64,000 nucleotides of DNA from Candidatus Fermentibacterota bacterium. GTDB taxonomy: Bacteria; Fermentibacterota; Fermentibacteria; Fermentibacterales; JCC-6. The stretch is taken from NCBI GenBank assembly GCA_014728175.1, contig WJMA01000015.1, positions 72,646 to 136,645 on the forward strand, given 5' to 3'. Positions 16,939-26,957 of the stretch are shown here, in pieces. How positions within the stretch are numbered: position 1 is the first letter of the stretch; each line of letters opens with the position of its first letter. The position numbers and the translations under genes are program-made. The notes beneath the pieces were generated by a model. It did no database searches. It saw only the letters and a program-made list of their open reading frames with translations, and was not told the origin of the DNA.

Positions 16939-18646
16939 CCGGCAGCAGGTGTTGTCCGCCTCCAGGCGGAAGGCGAGGATGAGACTAGCCGTGGCCGCTA
17001 CCGCGCTGGTTTTCGCCTTAATTGTGGGCCGTCTGGCCTCCATCCAGGTATTGAGCCACGACCGTTACAAGCGGCTGGCGGACGCCCAGCATACCCACAG
17101 GGTGGTCATGGAGGCCAGGAGAGGAAGAATTCTGGACCGGAACGGATTTCTTCTGGCCGGGAACAGAGCCGTGGTGAGCTTCGAGGTTTACTGGCCCAGC
17201 GTACCCCGGGGGGAGGGGCATCTGATCGACTCCCTGGCGAGCAGGCTCGGAGATCGGGCCATGGTGGGGGTTCCCGTGGATCGCAGGGGACGCAACCAGA
17301 TAATAGCCAGGAATATTCCATACGAGGATGTCAGCGATCTTCTGGAGGGTAACCTCCCCCTGGGGGTAAACTGGACGGTGGGATCCCGCCGGACCTATCC
17401 CCTGGGTGACCTGGCCGCCAGTGTGGTGGGAAGGTGTCGGGACGGTGCCCTGGAAGGATTGGAGAGCAAGCTCAACTCCCTCCTGGCAGGCAAGGACGGC
17501 CAAAGGTACGTTCAGCGAAGTGCCTATCCCGGTCTGAGCATGACCGATCCGGAGGCCGAGAATCTATTGCCCCGGGATGGGATCGACGTCATGCTGACCA
17601 TAGACTCTCGTTTCCAGTGCATCGTGCAGAGAGAGCTGGCCAAGGCCGTACAGAGGAGCGGCAGCAGATGGGGAAGCGCGGTGGTCGTCGATCCCCGTAA
17701 CGGCGACGTACTGGCCATGGGTAACTACCCCGTCCGGGCCGGAAACGGCTCTCTGGCCATGAACTACGCGGTCCAGGGCTACCATGAGCCGGGATCCACT
17801 TTCAAGATAGTCACCCTCTCCGCCTGCCTGGAGGAAGGGGCGGTTATCCCTTCGGACACGTTCGACTGCAGCCGGGGGCAGATCGCGGTGGCCGACCGTA
17901 CCATAAGCGACTGTCACAGGTTCGGTCCGCTCTCGGTTGAGGAGATATTAAGCCATTCCAGCAACGTGGGCACCATAAAGATGGCCAATCTTCTCGATGA
18001 CGAGGTCTTCTACTGCTACTGCCGCGACTTCGGCTTCGGATCCAAGACCGGGGTGGAGCTGCCCGGGGAGTCGGAGGGGATCCTCAAGCCCCCCGACCAG
18101 TGGTCCGGAGTTTCCAAGGCCTCCATAGCCATCGGCCAGGAGGTGACCGTTACACCACTTCAGCTGGCGATGGCCTACGCGGCAATTGCCAACGGAGGCG
18201 TCCTCTATCAGCCCAGGCTGGTGGCCGCCAGCCGCTCCGAAGAGGGCTGGAGAAACTGGGCGACCTTTCCGCTGCATCGGGTTCTCTCTGAAGAGACCTC
18301 CAGGGAGATACGGAGAATGCTGGCTACGGCGGTACGGGAAGGTACCGGCACCACCGCCCGGATCCCGCAGGTGGCCGTCGGGGGGAAGACGGGAACTGCG
18401 GAGAGGCTTTCCGTGGGCACCGGGGAGTACCTCTCGGCCTTCGCGGGTATGGTTCCCGCCCATCATCCCAGCGTGGTGGTGGTCGTGGTTATAGACAGCC
18501 CCGAGTCCGAGTACAGGTTCGGCAGCGCCTTGGCCGCGCCCGTGTTCAAGGACGTGGTATCCTCCATGCTGGCCACCGAGCCCGAGATAGCGCTGGGTCC
18601 CTACCGGTCCACGGAGGACGAGTTGGCGGCGAGGGGGCCGAGATGA
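16931..18646 (+). CDS. ftsI: Class B penicillin-binding protein (FtsI/PBP3)
   Basis: RGRILDRNG, EPGSTFK (SxxK), SSN, GKTGTA; start approximate. Confidence 0.92.
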   Translation: MSSRQQVLSASRRKARMRLAVAATALVFALIVGRLASIQVLSHDRYKRLADAQHTHRVVMEARRGRILDRNGFLLAGNRAVVSFEVYWPSVPRGEGHLIDSLASRLGDRAMVGVPVDRRGRNQIIARNIPYEDVSDLLEGNLPLGVNWTVGSRRTYPLGDLAASVVGRCRDGALEGLESKLNSLLAGKDGQRYVQRSAYPGLSMTDPEAENLLPRDGIDVMLTIDSRFQCIVQRELAKAVQRSGSRWGSAVVVDPRNGDVLAMGNYPVRAGNGSLAMNYAVQGYHEPGSTFKIVTLSACLEEGAVIPSDTFDCSRGQIAVADRTISDCHRFGPLSVEEILSHSSNVGTIKMANLLDDEVFYCYCRDFGFGSKTGVELPGESEGILKPPDQWSGVSKASIAIGQEVTVTPLQLAMAYAAIANGGVLYQPRLVAASRSEEGWRNWATFPLHRVLSEETSREIRRMLATAVREGTGTTARIPQVAVGGKTGTAERLSVGTGEYLSAFAGMVPAHHPSVVVVVVIDSPESEYRFGSALAAPVFKDVVSSMLATEPEIALGPYRSTEDELAARGPR

Positions 18647-20097
18647 CCCTGTCCGAGCTACTTTCCGGAACCCGGATCGAGTGCCCGGAAACACTGGGGC
18701 AACGAATCGTCCGGGGCATTACCAACGATTCCAGGAATGTTACCGAGGACATGCTGTTTCTGGCGGTCAGGGGCTTCCGGACCGACGGGCACAGGTTCGT
18801 CGATCATGCCCTGGATGCGGGGGCGCTGGCTGCCATAGTGGAGACCCCCGTCGATTCCGTTAACGCCGGGACGCTGCTGAATCCCGATGGGGATAACAGA
18901 AGCCTGTTGGGCGTTCTCTCGGCCAAGTTCTACGGGCATCCCTGGGAGGATCTGCTTACGGTGGGGGTCACCGGAACCAACGGAAAGACCTCCACGGCGA
19001 GGATGCTGGCCTGGATCCTGGAGGGCCACGGTATGGGCTGCGGCCTGCTGGGCACGATAGGCTACGTGGTCGCGGGTAAGACTATGCAGGCCCGGGTAAC
19101 CACGCCTGAGTCACACCAGCTGACCCGTCTTCTGGATATGATGCGGCGCTCCGGAGACGATTGCTGCGTAATGGAACTCTCCAGCCATGCCCTGGCCTTG
19201 AAGAGGGCGGATCAGGTCCGGTTGGACGTGGCCGTCTTCACCAACATCTCCCAGGACCATCTCGATTTCCATTCGGACATGGGCGAGTACCTCAGGACCA
19301 AGATGCACATTTTCGACCTGATCAAACCCTCCGGTCGGGCGGTCATAGGGACCTACAGGCCGGGCTCCCCCTCCATCGAGGGTGCCGTCACCTTCGGGGT
19401 CTGTGAGTCCGACGACTACACGATAGAGGAGATAGAGGTGGGCCCCGGAAGGGCGAGTTACCGGATGAGCTGGGACGACGATTCCAGGCGGGTGAAGCTG
19501 AGCATAAGCGGCCGGGTCAACGTATTCAACAGCGCCGGCGCCCTGGCGACGGCCCTGGAGCTGGGGCTGGATCCCGACGAGGCCATATCCTCCCTGGCCG
19601 GTTTCCCGGGAGTCCCGGGCAGGCTGGAGCCGATAGACGAGGGCCAGGATTTCGAGGTGGTGGTCGATTACGCCCACACTCCGGATGCCCTGGAGAGAGC
19701 GCTTCAGCAGGCCAGGGAGATGACTGATAACAGGGTTCTGGTCGTCTTCGGAGCGGGAGGAGACCGGGACCGCAAGAAAAGGCCTATCATGGGCAGAATT
19801 GCCTCCGAGTCCGCCGAACTGGCCGTGGTAACCAGCGACAATCCCAGGACCGAAGACCCCAGAGGGATCATTGAGGAGATCCTTCAGGGCATGACCGGCC
19901 ATGCGGAGAAGATCGTACAGGCCGACCGCCGCAAGGCCATACGGCTGGCGGTGGAAAAGGCCCGGCCCGGTGACGTGGTTCTGATCGCCGGCAAGGGACA
20001 CGAGGATTACCAGGTGCTGGGTACCGAGAGGGTGCATTTCGACGACTGCGAGGAGGCCAGAAAGGCCCTTCGGTCATCTTCGGATGGTGGAGAATGA
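18643..20097 (+). CDS. murE: UDP-MurNAc-tripeptide synthetase (meso-DAP type)
   Basis: GVTGTNGKTS, TTPE, DYAHTPD, SDNPR (DAP specificity motif), AGKGHE. Confidence 0.95.
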   Translation: MTLSELLSGTRIECPETLGQRIVRGITNDSRNVTEDMLFLAVRGFRTDGHRFVDHALDAGALAAIVETPVDSVNAGTLLNPDGDNRSLLGVLSAKFYGHPWEDLLTVGVTGTNGKTSTARMLAWILEGHGMGCGLLGTIGYVVAGKTMQARVTTPESHQLTRLLDMMRRSGDDCCVMELSSHALALKRADQVRLDVAVFTNISQDHLDFHSDMGEYLRTKMHIFDLIKPSGRAVIGTYRPGSPSIEGAVTFGVCESDDYTIEEIEVGPGRASYRMSWDDDSRRVKLSISGRVNVFNSAGALATALELGLDPDEAISSLAGFPGVPGRLEPIDEGQDFEVVVDYAHTPDALERALQQAREMTDNRVLVVFGAGGDRDRKKRPIMGRIASESAELAVVTSDNPRTEDPRGIIEEILQGMTGHAEKIVQADRRKAIRLAVEKARPGDVVLIAGKGHEDYQVLGTERVHFDDCEEARKALRSSSDGGE

Positions 20098-21419
20098 ATC
20101 TAGGCGAGCTGGCCAGGGCCATGGATGGAGAGCTTCGCGCTGATCCCGACGCCAGGGTGGAAGAAGCGATAATCGATTCCAGGAAGGCCCATGAGGGCTG
20201 TCTCTTCTTCGCTCTGAAGGGATCCAGAACCGACGGTCACCGGTACGCCGCCGACGTGGTGGCCGAGGGTGCCTACGCCGTTGTCTCCAGACCCGTCGTG
20301 GATCGAGGGATCGTCCTGGTCGATGACGTCGAGAGGGCGCTTCTACGGGCCGGAACCTGGGCCAGAAAAAGGTTCGACTGCCCGGTTCTGGGGATAACCG
20401 GCTCCTCGGGGAAGACCACCACCAGGGAGCTCCTGGCCGCCGGGCTGCGGCAAAGGTACACGGTCGGCGTGACCGGGAGGAACCTGAACAACCAGCTGGG
20501 CCTACCCCTAACCCTTCTCAACACCGACCCCGGAGTGGAGGTACTGCTGCTGGAGATGGGAATGAACCATCCCGGAGAGCTGGACGCTCTGGGCGCGGTC
20601 GCCCTTCCTACCGCTTCCCTGGTCACCAACGTGGGCACCGCCCACATGGAGTTCTTCTCCGACCGGAACCAGATAGCGGCGGCGAAGGCCGAGCTTCTGA
20701 AACGGACCCGGCGGGAGGGCTTCTGCGTGATCCCGGTGGGAGAGCCGGTACTGGAAAGGGCGGCGGAGGAGCGAAAGCTTTCCGTGATGAGAGCAGGCCC
20801 CGGAGGAGACCTGTGGGTAGAGCGGGATCGACGCGGTTACCGGCTGCAACCGCCGGACTTTGCGATCCACCTCGCCCTGGAGGGGGAGCACAACTACGAG
20901 AACGCGGTGGTGGCGCTGCTGGCCTGCGACAGGATGGGGCTGACCCTACAGGAGTCGATGCAGGCGATGGCCGATTACGAGGGAATGCCCGGAAGGGGAA
21001 GAGTTCTGGACGTAGGTGGCGTGCGGATCATGGACGAGAGCTACAACGCCAACCCCGAGTCCACAATAGCCTGTCTGGGTACACTGGCCGAGAAGGTCCG
21101 GGACGATGGCGAGGGCATCGCGGTTCTGGGAAGCATGCTGGAGCTGGGAGAAAGAGCCTCTTCGTACCACCGCGACGTGCTGGAGTTCGCCGACCGGTTG
21201 GGCCTCAAACTGGTGGTTCTGGTGGGGGAGCTTTACCCGGAGGTATCCAACGCCCTAAGCAAAACCCCGTTCGTCTCCGTGGACGAACCGGAGGGAGCGG
21301 CCGGGCATGTGCTGCGGTCGGTCCGGCCCGGTGACGTGGTCCTGGTCAAGGGGAGCCATTCTTTGGGGCTGGAACGCACGGTTTCCGAGCTGGTTTCCGG
21401 TACCGGAGCGGAGACATGA
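20094..21419 (+). CDS. murF: UDP-MurNAc-pentapeptide synthetase
   Basis: GITGSSGKTTT, NNQLGLP, EMGMNHPGE, DESYNANP, VKGSH. Confidence 0.94.
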   Translation: MNLGELARAMDGELRADPDARVEEAIIDSRKAHEGCLFFALKGSRTDGHRYAADVVAEGAYAVVSRPVVDRGIVLVDDVERALLRAGTWARKRFDCPVLGITGSSGKTTTRELLAAGLRQRYTVGVTGRNLNNQLGLPLTLLNTDPGVEVLLLEMGMNHPGELDALGAVALPTASLVTNVGTAHMEFFSDRNQIAAAKAELLKRTRREGFCVIPVGEPVLERAAEERKLSVMRAGPGGDLWVERDRRGYRLQPPDFAIHLALEGEHNYENAVVALLACDRMGLTLQESMQAMADYEGMPGRGRVLDVGGVRIMDESYNANPESTIACLGTLAEKVRDDGEGIAVLGSMLELGERASSYHRDVLEFADRLGLKLVVLVGELYPEVSNALSKTPFVSVDEPEGAAGHVLRSVRPGDVVLVKGSHSLGLERTVSELVSGTGAET

Positions 21420-22756
21420 GGTACTGGTCCGACGGCAATGGCAGAACTGCGGGGGTGCTCGGATTGGGCAGGAGCGGCAGGGCGGCCGCCCGTCTTCTCC
21501 AGGGCCGGGGGTTCTCCGTGATAGGTATGGATTCCGATCCCTCCTGTGGAGGATGCGAGTATTGCCGGAAGGTAATGGTAGGACGACGACAGGAAGAGGC
21601 GTTGGGCGAGCTGGACGGCCTGGTCCTGAGTCCGGGCGTGGATCCCTCCTCCGAGATTCCATCCGCGGCCGACGACAGGGGCATACCCGTGGTGGGGGAG
21701 ATCGAGCTGGCCGGCCAGTTCGCCACAGCGCCCGTACTTGCGGTAACCGGATCGAACGGAAAGACCACTACGGTGGAATGGCTGGGCTTCACCTTGAGCC
21801 GGGCCGGTTACGAGGCCTGCGTAACCGGCAACATGGGCTATCCCTTCTCCCAGGCCGTGCTGGAAAGGCCGGACTCGGACTTCTTCGTGGTGGAGGTGAG
21901 CAGCTACCAGCTGCAGACCATAGAGAGCTTCAGGGCCCGAACCGCGGCCATACTGAACGTTACTCCCGACCACCTGACCCGGCATGGATCTATGGAGGGA
22001 TACATCCGGGCCAAGTCCCGGATCTTCATGAACCAGCGACCCGAGGACTCATTGGTCCTCAACGCCGACGATCCGGTGTCCGTTAACTTCATGGGGCTTA
22101 CCGAGGGACTCGAGCTTCATTTCAGCCTTCGACGGGAGGTTCGTACGGGAGCCTGCGTCGAGGACGACTCGATCGTGATGGCGTGGAACGGATCCCGGGA
22201 GAGACTCATGGGCACCGAAAAGGTGGCCCTTCCCGGAAGGCACAACCTGGCGAACGCCCTGGCGGTGGTATGCATGGCCAGGACGGTGGGGTTGGATTCT
22301 TCCCGAATGCTGCCGGGCCTGAGGGACTTCGGCGGCGTTCCCCACCGGCTGGAGGAGGTAAGAAACCTGGATGGCGTCCTGTACGTGAACGATTCCAAAT
22401 CGACCAACATCGACTCCCTGCGGGTGGCCCTGGAGGCACAGAGCAGGCCCGTGATCCTGATAGCAGGGGGCAGAGCCAAACAGGGTGACTACTCACAGCT
22501 TGCCCAGTTGGTGGGAGACAGGGTAAAGGTCGCGGTGCTGATCGGTGAGGGAGCGCAGACCCTGAAGAGGGCCTGGAATGACGTGACCGAGGCGCGAACC
22601 ATCGAAAGGCTGGACGGAGCGGTACGGGTCGCCAGGGAGGCTGCGGAGACCGGAGACGTGGTGTTGCTCTCTCCGGGCTGCGCCAGCTTCGACCAGTACA
22701 GAGACTTCGAGGAAAGGGGAGAGCATTTCAAAGCGCTGGTGGAGGATCTGCGGTGA
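21416..22756 (+). CDS. murD: UDP-MurNAc-L-Ala-D-Glu ligase
   Basis: VTGSNGKTT, EVSSYQL, NDSKSTN, LLSPGCASFDQY..FEERGEHF. Confidence 0.95.
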   Translation: MRYWSDGNGRTAGVLGLGRSGRAAARLLQGRGFSVIGMDSDPSCGGCEYCRKVMVGRRQEEALGELDGLVLSPGVDPSSEIPSAADDRGIPVVGEIELAGQFATAPVLAVTGSNGKTTTVEWLGFTLSRAGYEACVTGNMGYPFSQAVLERPDSDFFVVEVSSYQLQTIESFRARTAAILNVTPDHLTRHGSMEGYIRAKSRIFMNQRPEDSLVLNADDPVSVNFMGLTEGLELHFSLRREVRTGACVEDDSIVMAWNGSRERLMGTEKVALPGRHNLANALAVVCMARTVGLDSSRMLPGLRDFGGVPHRLEEVRNLDGVLYVNDSKSTNIDSLRVALEAQSRPVILIAGGRAKQGDYSQLAQLVGDRVKVAVLIGEGAQTLKRAWNDVTEARTIERLDGAVRVAREAAETGDVVLLSPGCASFDQYRDFEERGEHFKALVEDLR

Positions 22757-23859
22757 GAGCGGAGATCGGCAGAAGGAACAGGATCCTGCTGATGGTCACC
22801 TTCGTTCTGCTGGTGGTGGGAACCCTCGCCGTGTATTCCGCAAGCTCGTTCATATCGATCAGGCAATCCTCCGACGCCGGAAGCTTCCACTACCTGCTGG
22901 GTCATCTGCAGAGGATCTGCGTAGGATTGGTGGTGGGAACCGTAGCCTATCTGCTACCCCAGCGCACCTGGAGAGCTCTGTCTCCCTGGCTGTTCCTTAT
23001 GGCCCTGATCCTGCTGGCATCAACCGTGGTTCCCGGCAATCCTTTCGCCCCCCGGATCAAGGGTGCCTCCAGATGGGTGGTCGTGGGTCCCCTGCGGCTC
23101 ATGCCCTCCGAGCTGGTGAGATTCAGCTACGTGCTGCTGGTCGCCGCCCTGGTCTCCCAGGGCCAGGTGTCTCTAAGGCGGCCGTGGGGTTTCGTTTCCA
23201 TAGCCGTTCTGGGAATGATTCCGGCCCTGATCATGATCTTCCAGCCGGACTTCGCCGGAGCCTCCTACCTTACCGCGGTAATGATAGTGTTGATGTTCCT
23301 GGCGGAGGCCCGGCTGTCCCATCTTCTGCTGCTGGTTCTGTTCCTGCTCAGCCTGGCCGCGGTAGGCATTCTGTCTTCGCGCTACAGGATGCACAGGATA
23401 CTGGGTTACGGCCATCCCACCGAGCACGTCCAGGAGGAGAATTTTCAGCCCTACCAGGCCTGCATTGCTCTGGGGAGCGGAGGACTTCAGGGAAGAGGGC
23501 TGGGTCAGGGCAGGCAACAAAGGGGATTCCTTCCGGAGGCCTTTTCGGACTTCATCCTGGCTGTGGTGGGCGAAGAGACCGGTTTCGTGGGGGCCACCCT
23601 TCTGCTCTCCCTGATGTTCGTTCTCTGTCTGTGCGGATGGACGATAGCGGCCGACGCCGACGATCTCTTCAGCCAGATCACGGCGGGAGGGCTGACCGCT
23701 TCCATAGCAATGGGAGTAGCCATCCATACCGGGGTGGTTACCAGGCTGCTTCCCGCCACCGGCATGCCCCTTCCCCTGATCTCCTGGGGTGGCACCAACA
23801 TCATCGTGACCCTGGCCAGCATAGGTCTTTTGGCCCGAATGGGCAGAGGGGGTCGCTGA
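22753..23859 (+). CDS. ftsW: SEDS peptidoglycan polymerase FtsW
   Basis: Multi-TM, GASRW, QPDF, LPEAFSDFI, TGMPLPLISWGG. Confidence 0.92.
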   Translation: MRAEIGRRNRILLMVTFVLLVVGTLAVYSASSFISIRQSSDAGSFHYLLGHLQRICVGLVVGTVAYLLPQRTWRALSPWLFLMALILLASTVVPGNPFAPRIKGASRWVVVGPLRLMPSELVRFSYVLLVAALVSQGQVSLRRPWGFVSIAVLGMIPALIMIFQPDFAGASYLTAVMIVLMFLAEARLSHLLLLVLFLLSLAAVGILSSRYRMHRILGYGHPTEHVQEENFQPYQACIALGSGGLQGRGLGQGRQQRGFLPEAFSDFILAVVGEETGFVGATLLLSLMFVLCLCGWTIAADADDLFSQITAGGLTASIAMGVAIHTGVVTRLLPATGMPLPLISWGGTNIIVTLASIGLLARMGRGGR

Positions 23860-23860
23860 G

Positions 23861-24937
23861 ATGATAAGGGTATGTCTGGCCGGAGGCGGCACCGGAGGGC
23901 ACATAAGCCCGGCCATAGCAATCTCGGAGGCGCTGCAAAGGACCGGTATTTGTGAGTGCTTCTTCGTGGCTACCCACCGGCTGGTGGACAGGCGGATGTA
24001 CTCCTCCTACGGCTCCCGCGTTCATTACATGGAATCCCCCCGTCTGGACATCGGAGGATTCGGAAGCAAGCTGCTGCTTCCTCTGAAGGGTCTTTCGGCG
24101 GTGCTGAAGGCCCGAAAGCTTCTAAGGCTGGAGGGCGCCGATATAGTCCTGGCCACGGGAGGATACTCCTCCTTCTACTCCGTGCTGGCGGCCAAGAGCA
24201 TGGGGTTGCCGGTGATGCTGCACGATTCCAACAGCGTTCCCGGCAGATCCAACAGGGTCGCGGCCCTGGTCTCCGATCTGGTCATGGTGGGCTTCAGCGG
24301 GGCCTGCAGCTATTTCCGGGGAGCCTGCGAGTTCACCGGCAACCCTGTTCGTTACAACTTGCGCAGGATCAATCCTCTGAAGGCGAGGGACGCCCTGGGG
24401 CTTTCACCGGAGCTGCCCGTGGTTCTTTTCCTGGGTGGAAGCCAGGGAGCGAGAAGTTTGAACGACCTGGCGCTGCAGTGCCCGGATGACGTGCAGGTTC
24501 TTCTTCAAAGCGGCAGAAGGAACGGCGAGAGGGTTCAAAAGCTGTCCGCCGGCCGGCCGAACCTGAGGCCGTTCGATTTCGTCGATGATCCTTCGGAGAT
24601 TTACTCCGCGGCGGACGTAGCGCTGGCTCGGGCAGGGGCCATGAGCGTAGCCGAGCTGGCGTGGTTCCGTCTTCCCTCCGTGCTGATCCCCTATCCGCAC
24701 GCAGCGGACGCCCATCAGTTGAGGAACGCAATGGAGGTTGCCGGCCTGGGTGGGGCCCTGCTGCTTCGGGAGCCTGAGGCGAGTGGGGAGAAGGTCTGGA
24801 ACCTGGTACAGGATCTGCTGGACGACTCTGCCAGGAGAAAAGAGATGAGCATGGCCCTCATCGGCCTGATGCCCGAAAACCCGGCTGCGAAGATTGCCCG
24901 CAGAGTGGTCCGGGCATGCTGGAGGCCGGCGGTATGA
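23861..24937 (+). CDS. murG: Lipid II GlcNAc transferase
   Basis: GGGTGGHISP, GNPVR, GGSQGA, RAGAMSVAEL. Confidence 0.94.
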   Translation: MIRVCLAGGGTGGHISPAIAISEALQRTGICECFFVATHRLVDRRMYSSYGSRVHYMESPRLDIGGFGSKLLLPLKGLSAVLKARKLLRLEGADIVLATGGYSSFYSVLAAKSMGLPVMLHDSNSVPGRSNRVAALVSDLVMVGFSGACSYFRGACEFTGNPVRYNLRRINPLKARDALGLSPELPVVLFLGGSQGARSLNDLALQCPDDVQVLLQSGRRNGERVQKLSAGRPNLRPFDFVDDPSEIYSAADVALARAGAMSVAELAWFRLPSVLIPYPHAADAHQLRNAMEVAGLGGALLLREPEASGEKVWNLVQDLLDDSARRKEMSMALIGLMPENPAAKIARRVVRACWRPAV

Positions 24938-26262
24938 GCGGTTCTGTCCACCTCATGGGAATAGGCGGCACCGGTATGAGCGCACTCGCCAGGTGGTATC
25001 TGCATCTGGGCTGGCGGGTTAGCGGCTGCGATCTCTCCGAGGGTGAGGAGACCGGGAGGCTGAGCTCGCTGGGAATCGAGGTGCGCAAGGGACACAACCC
25101 CGACCATCTGAAGGGGATCGACTGCCTGGTATTCTCCGCGGCGGTTCCCTCGGACAATCCCGAGCTGCGGGCCGCCAGAGAAGAAGGAATAACGGTTCTG
25201 AGAAGGAGCGAGGCCTTGGCCGAGCTAACCGCCGGTTCCGAGACGGCGGCGATATCGGGAGCCCACGGCAAGACCACGACCACCGCTCTGATCGGGTGGA
25301 TTCTTCAGAGCGCGGGGATGGATCCGCTGGTGATGGCAGGAGGCAGCTCCGTGGCCTGGGACGGCAACTTCCGGGCCGGTGACGGTCCACGGGTGGTGGA
25401 GGCAGACGAGTACGACCGGGCGTTTCTAAGACTCACTCCCAAATGGAGTTGCGTGACCAGTTTCGACAGGGAGCATCTGGAGTGCTACGGCAACGAGGAA
25501 GTTCTGTCGACGGCCTTCTCGATTTTCCTGGAGATGACTCTTCCCGGAGGGGGGATAGTGGTTCCGGAGGATCGGAAGGGCCTGGCCTACTGGGCGGAGC
25601 GCCTGGAAAGGAAGGTGGTGACCACCGGCCGGGGAGGAGACCTCCATTGCGCTTCCCGGGGACCGAGCGACTGGGGGGAGCTTTACGAGGTAGCCCGGCA
25701 TTCCGGAAGAATTCCTCTACCGGGAGCGCACAACCTTCGCAACTGCGAATCGGCCTTCGCAGTGTGCGGGTTGATCGGGGTACCGATCGGGGAGTGCGTT
25801 AGGTCGGTGGAAAGTTTCCCCGGGGTAAGCAGAAGATTGGAAAGGCTGAAGGGCGAGGGCGACGGGGAAAGGCTCCTGATATCGGACTACGCCCACCATC
25901 CGGCCGAGATGGAGTCCGCCATACGGGCGGTGCAGAGAATGGACCGGGGAGAGGTGGGAGTGGTCTTCCAGCCCCACCTGTACTCCAGGACTGCGGCCCT
26001 TTCCGAGCAGATGGGAAAGGCACTCAGCCTGGCCGACTGGTCCTTGGTCCTGCCCATCTTTCCGGCCCGGGAGGAGCCCGTCCCGGGAATCGACAACAGG
26101 TTGGTGGCGAACGCGGCGAGGCGATTGGGTGCCCGGTGTCAGACCTGTACGGAGGAGGAGCTCGCCGAAAAACTGGCCTCCCTCCGATCCCGGGTGGTGA
26201 TCTTCATGGGCGCCGGAAGCGTTGATGCCATGGCCCGCAGGTTGGTGGAGGAATCGGTATGA
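24934..26262 (+). CDS. murC: UDP-MurNAc-L-alanine ligase
   Basis: GIGGTGMSALA, GAHGKTTT, EADEYDR, DYAHHP, FQPHLYSRT. Confidence 0.94.
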   Translation: MSGSVHLMGIGGTGMSALARWYLHLGWRVSGCDLSEGEETGRLSSLGIEVRKGHNPDHLKGIDCLVFSAAVPSDNPELRAAREEGITVLRRSEALAELTAGSETAAISGAHGKTTTTALIGWILQSAGMDPLVMAGGSSVAWDGNFRAGDGPRVVEADEYDRAFLRLTPKWSCVTSFDREHLECYGNEEVLSTAFSIFLEMTLPGGGIVVPEDRKGLAYWAERLERKVVTTGRGGDLHCASRGPSDWGELYEVARHSGRIPLPGAHNLRNCESAFAVCGLIGVPIGECVRSVESFPGVSRRLERLKGEGDGERLLISDYAHHPAEMESAIRAVQRMDRGEVGVVFQPHLYSRTAALSEQMGKALSLADWSLVLPIFPAREEPVPGIDNRLVANAARRLGARCQTCTEEELAEKLASLRSRVVIFMGAGSVDAMARRLVEESV

Positions 26263-26957
26263 GGCACGGCAAAGCCGTGGTATGGCCCTTCTTGATTCTA
26301 TCCCTCCTCGCCTTTGGGGGAGCGCTGGCGTACAGGTGGGCCGAGAGACGAGGGGTGTTCGACCTGGACGTGATCAGGATCAGGGGAGCCTCTCCGGCGG
26401 ACTCCACCGTAGTTGCCTGCCTGGTCGCACCCCTGTTCGGTACCCCCCTGGGATCCGTGGACATCGATGGGCTGCGACGGAACCTGGAAGAGGTGAGCTT
26501 CATCCGGAAGGCCGAGGTGAAGAGAAGATGGCCCTCAACGGTGGTGGTCGACCTTCAAACCGAGACCGCCGCGGTGCTCCTGGCGGTGGGGGATAGGATG
26601 GTCCCCCTGACCGAGTGCTGCCAGCCCCTTCCCCCCGATCACCTGTGCGATTCGTTGCCCGTGCTGGAAGTTCGGGAGAGGATCGAGCCGGATGTGCTGT
26701 CGGAGATCGTTCCCTGGATGGGCCTGGGCAGACTTCCAGCCGAAGAGGTGCAGGACGCGTTCGTGGACGACAGGGGTCTTACGGTGCGACTTCGTTCCGG
26801 AGTCTCCGTGCTGGTGGGTCGAAGCAATCTGGATAAACGCTGGAAGTTCTATCGAAGCGTGCCACCTTCCCTGGTCCGAACCGCCGAGGGAGGTTGCGTG
26901 GACATGCGTTTCAAGAACCAGGCGGTATTCGACCTGAGGTCGGAGGAGGGGTCATGA
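26259..26957 (+). CDS. ftsQ: Cell division protein FtsQ/DivIB
   Basis: TM plus POTRA (VKRRWPSTVVV), C-terminal VDMRF; positioned before ftsA. Confidence 0.8.
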   Translation: MRHGKAVVWPFLILSLLAFGGALAYRWAERRGVFDLDVIRIRGASPADSTVVACLVAPLFGTPLGSVDIDGLRRNLEEVSFIRKAEVKRRWPSTVVVDLQTETAAVLLAVGDRMVPLTECCQPLPPDHLCDSLPVLEVRERIEPDVLSEIVPWMGLGRLPAEEVQDAFVDDRGLTVRLRSGVSVLVGRSNLDKRWKFYRSVPPSLVRTAEGGCVDMRFKNQAVFDLRSEEGS

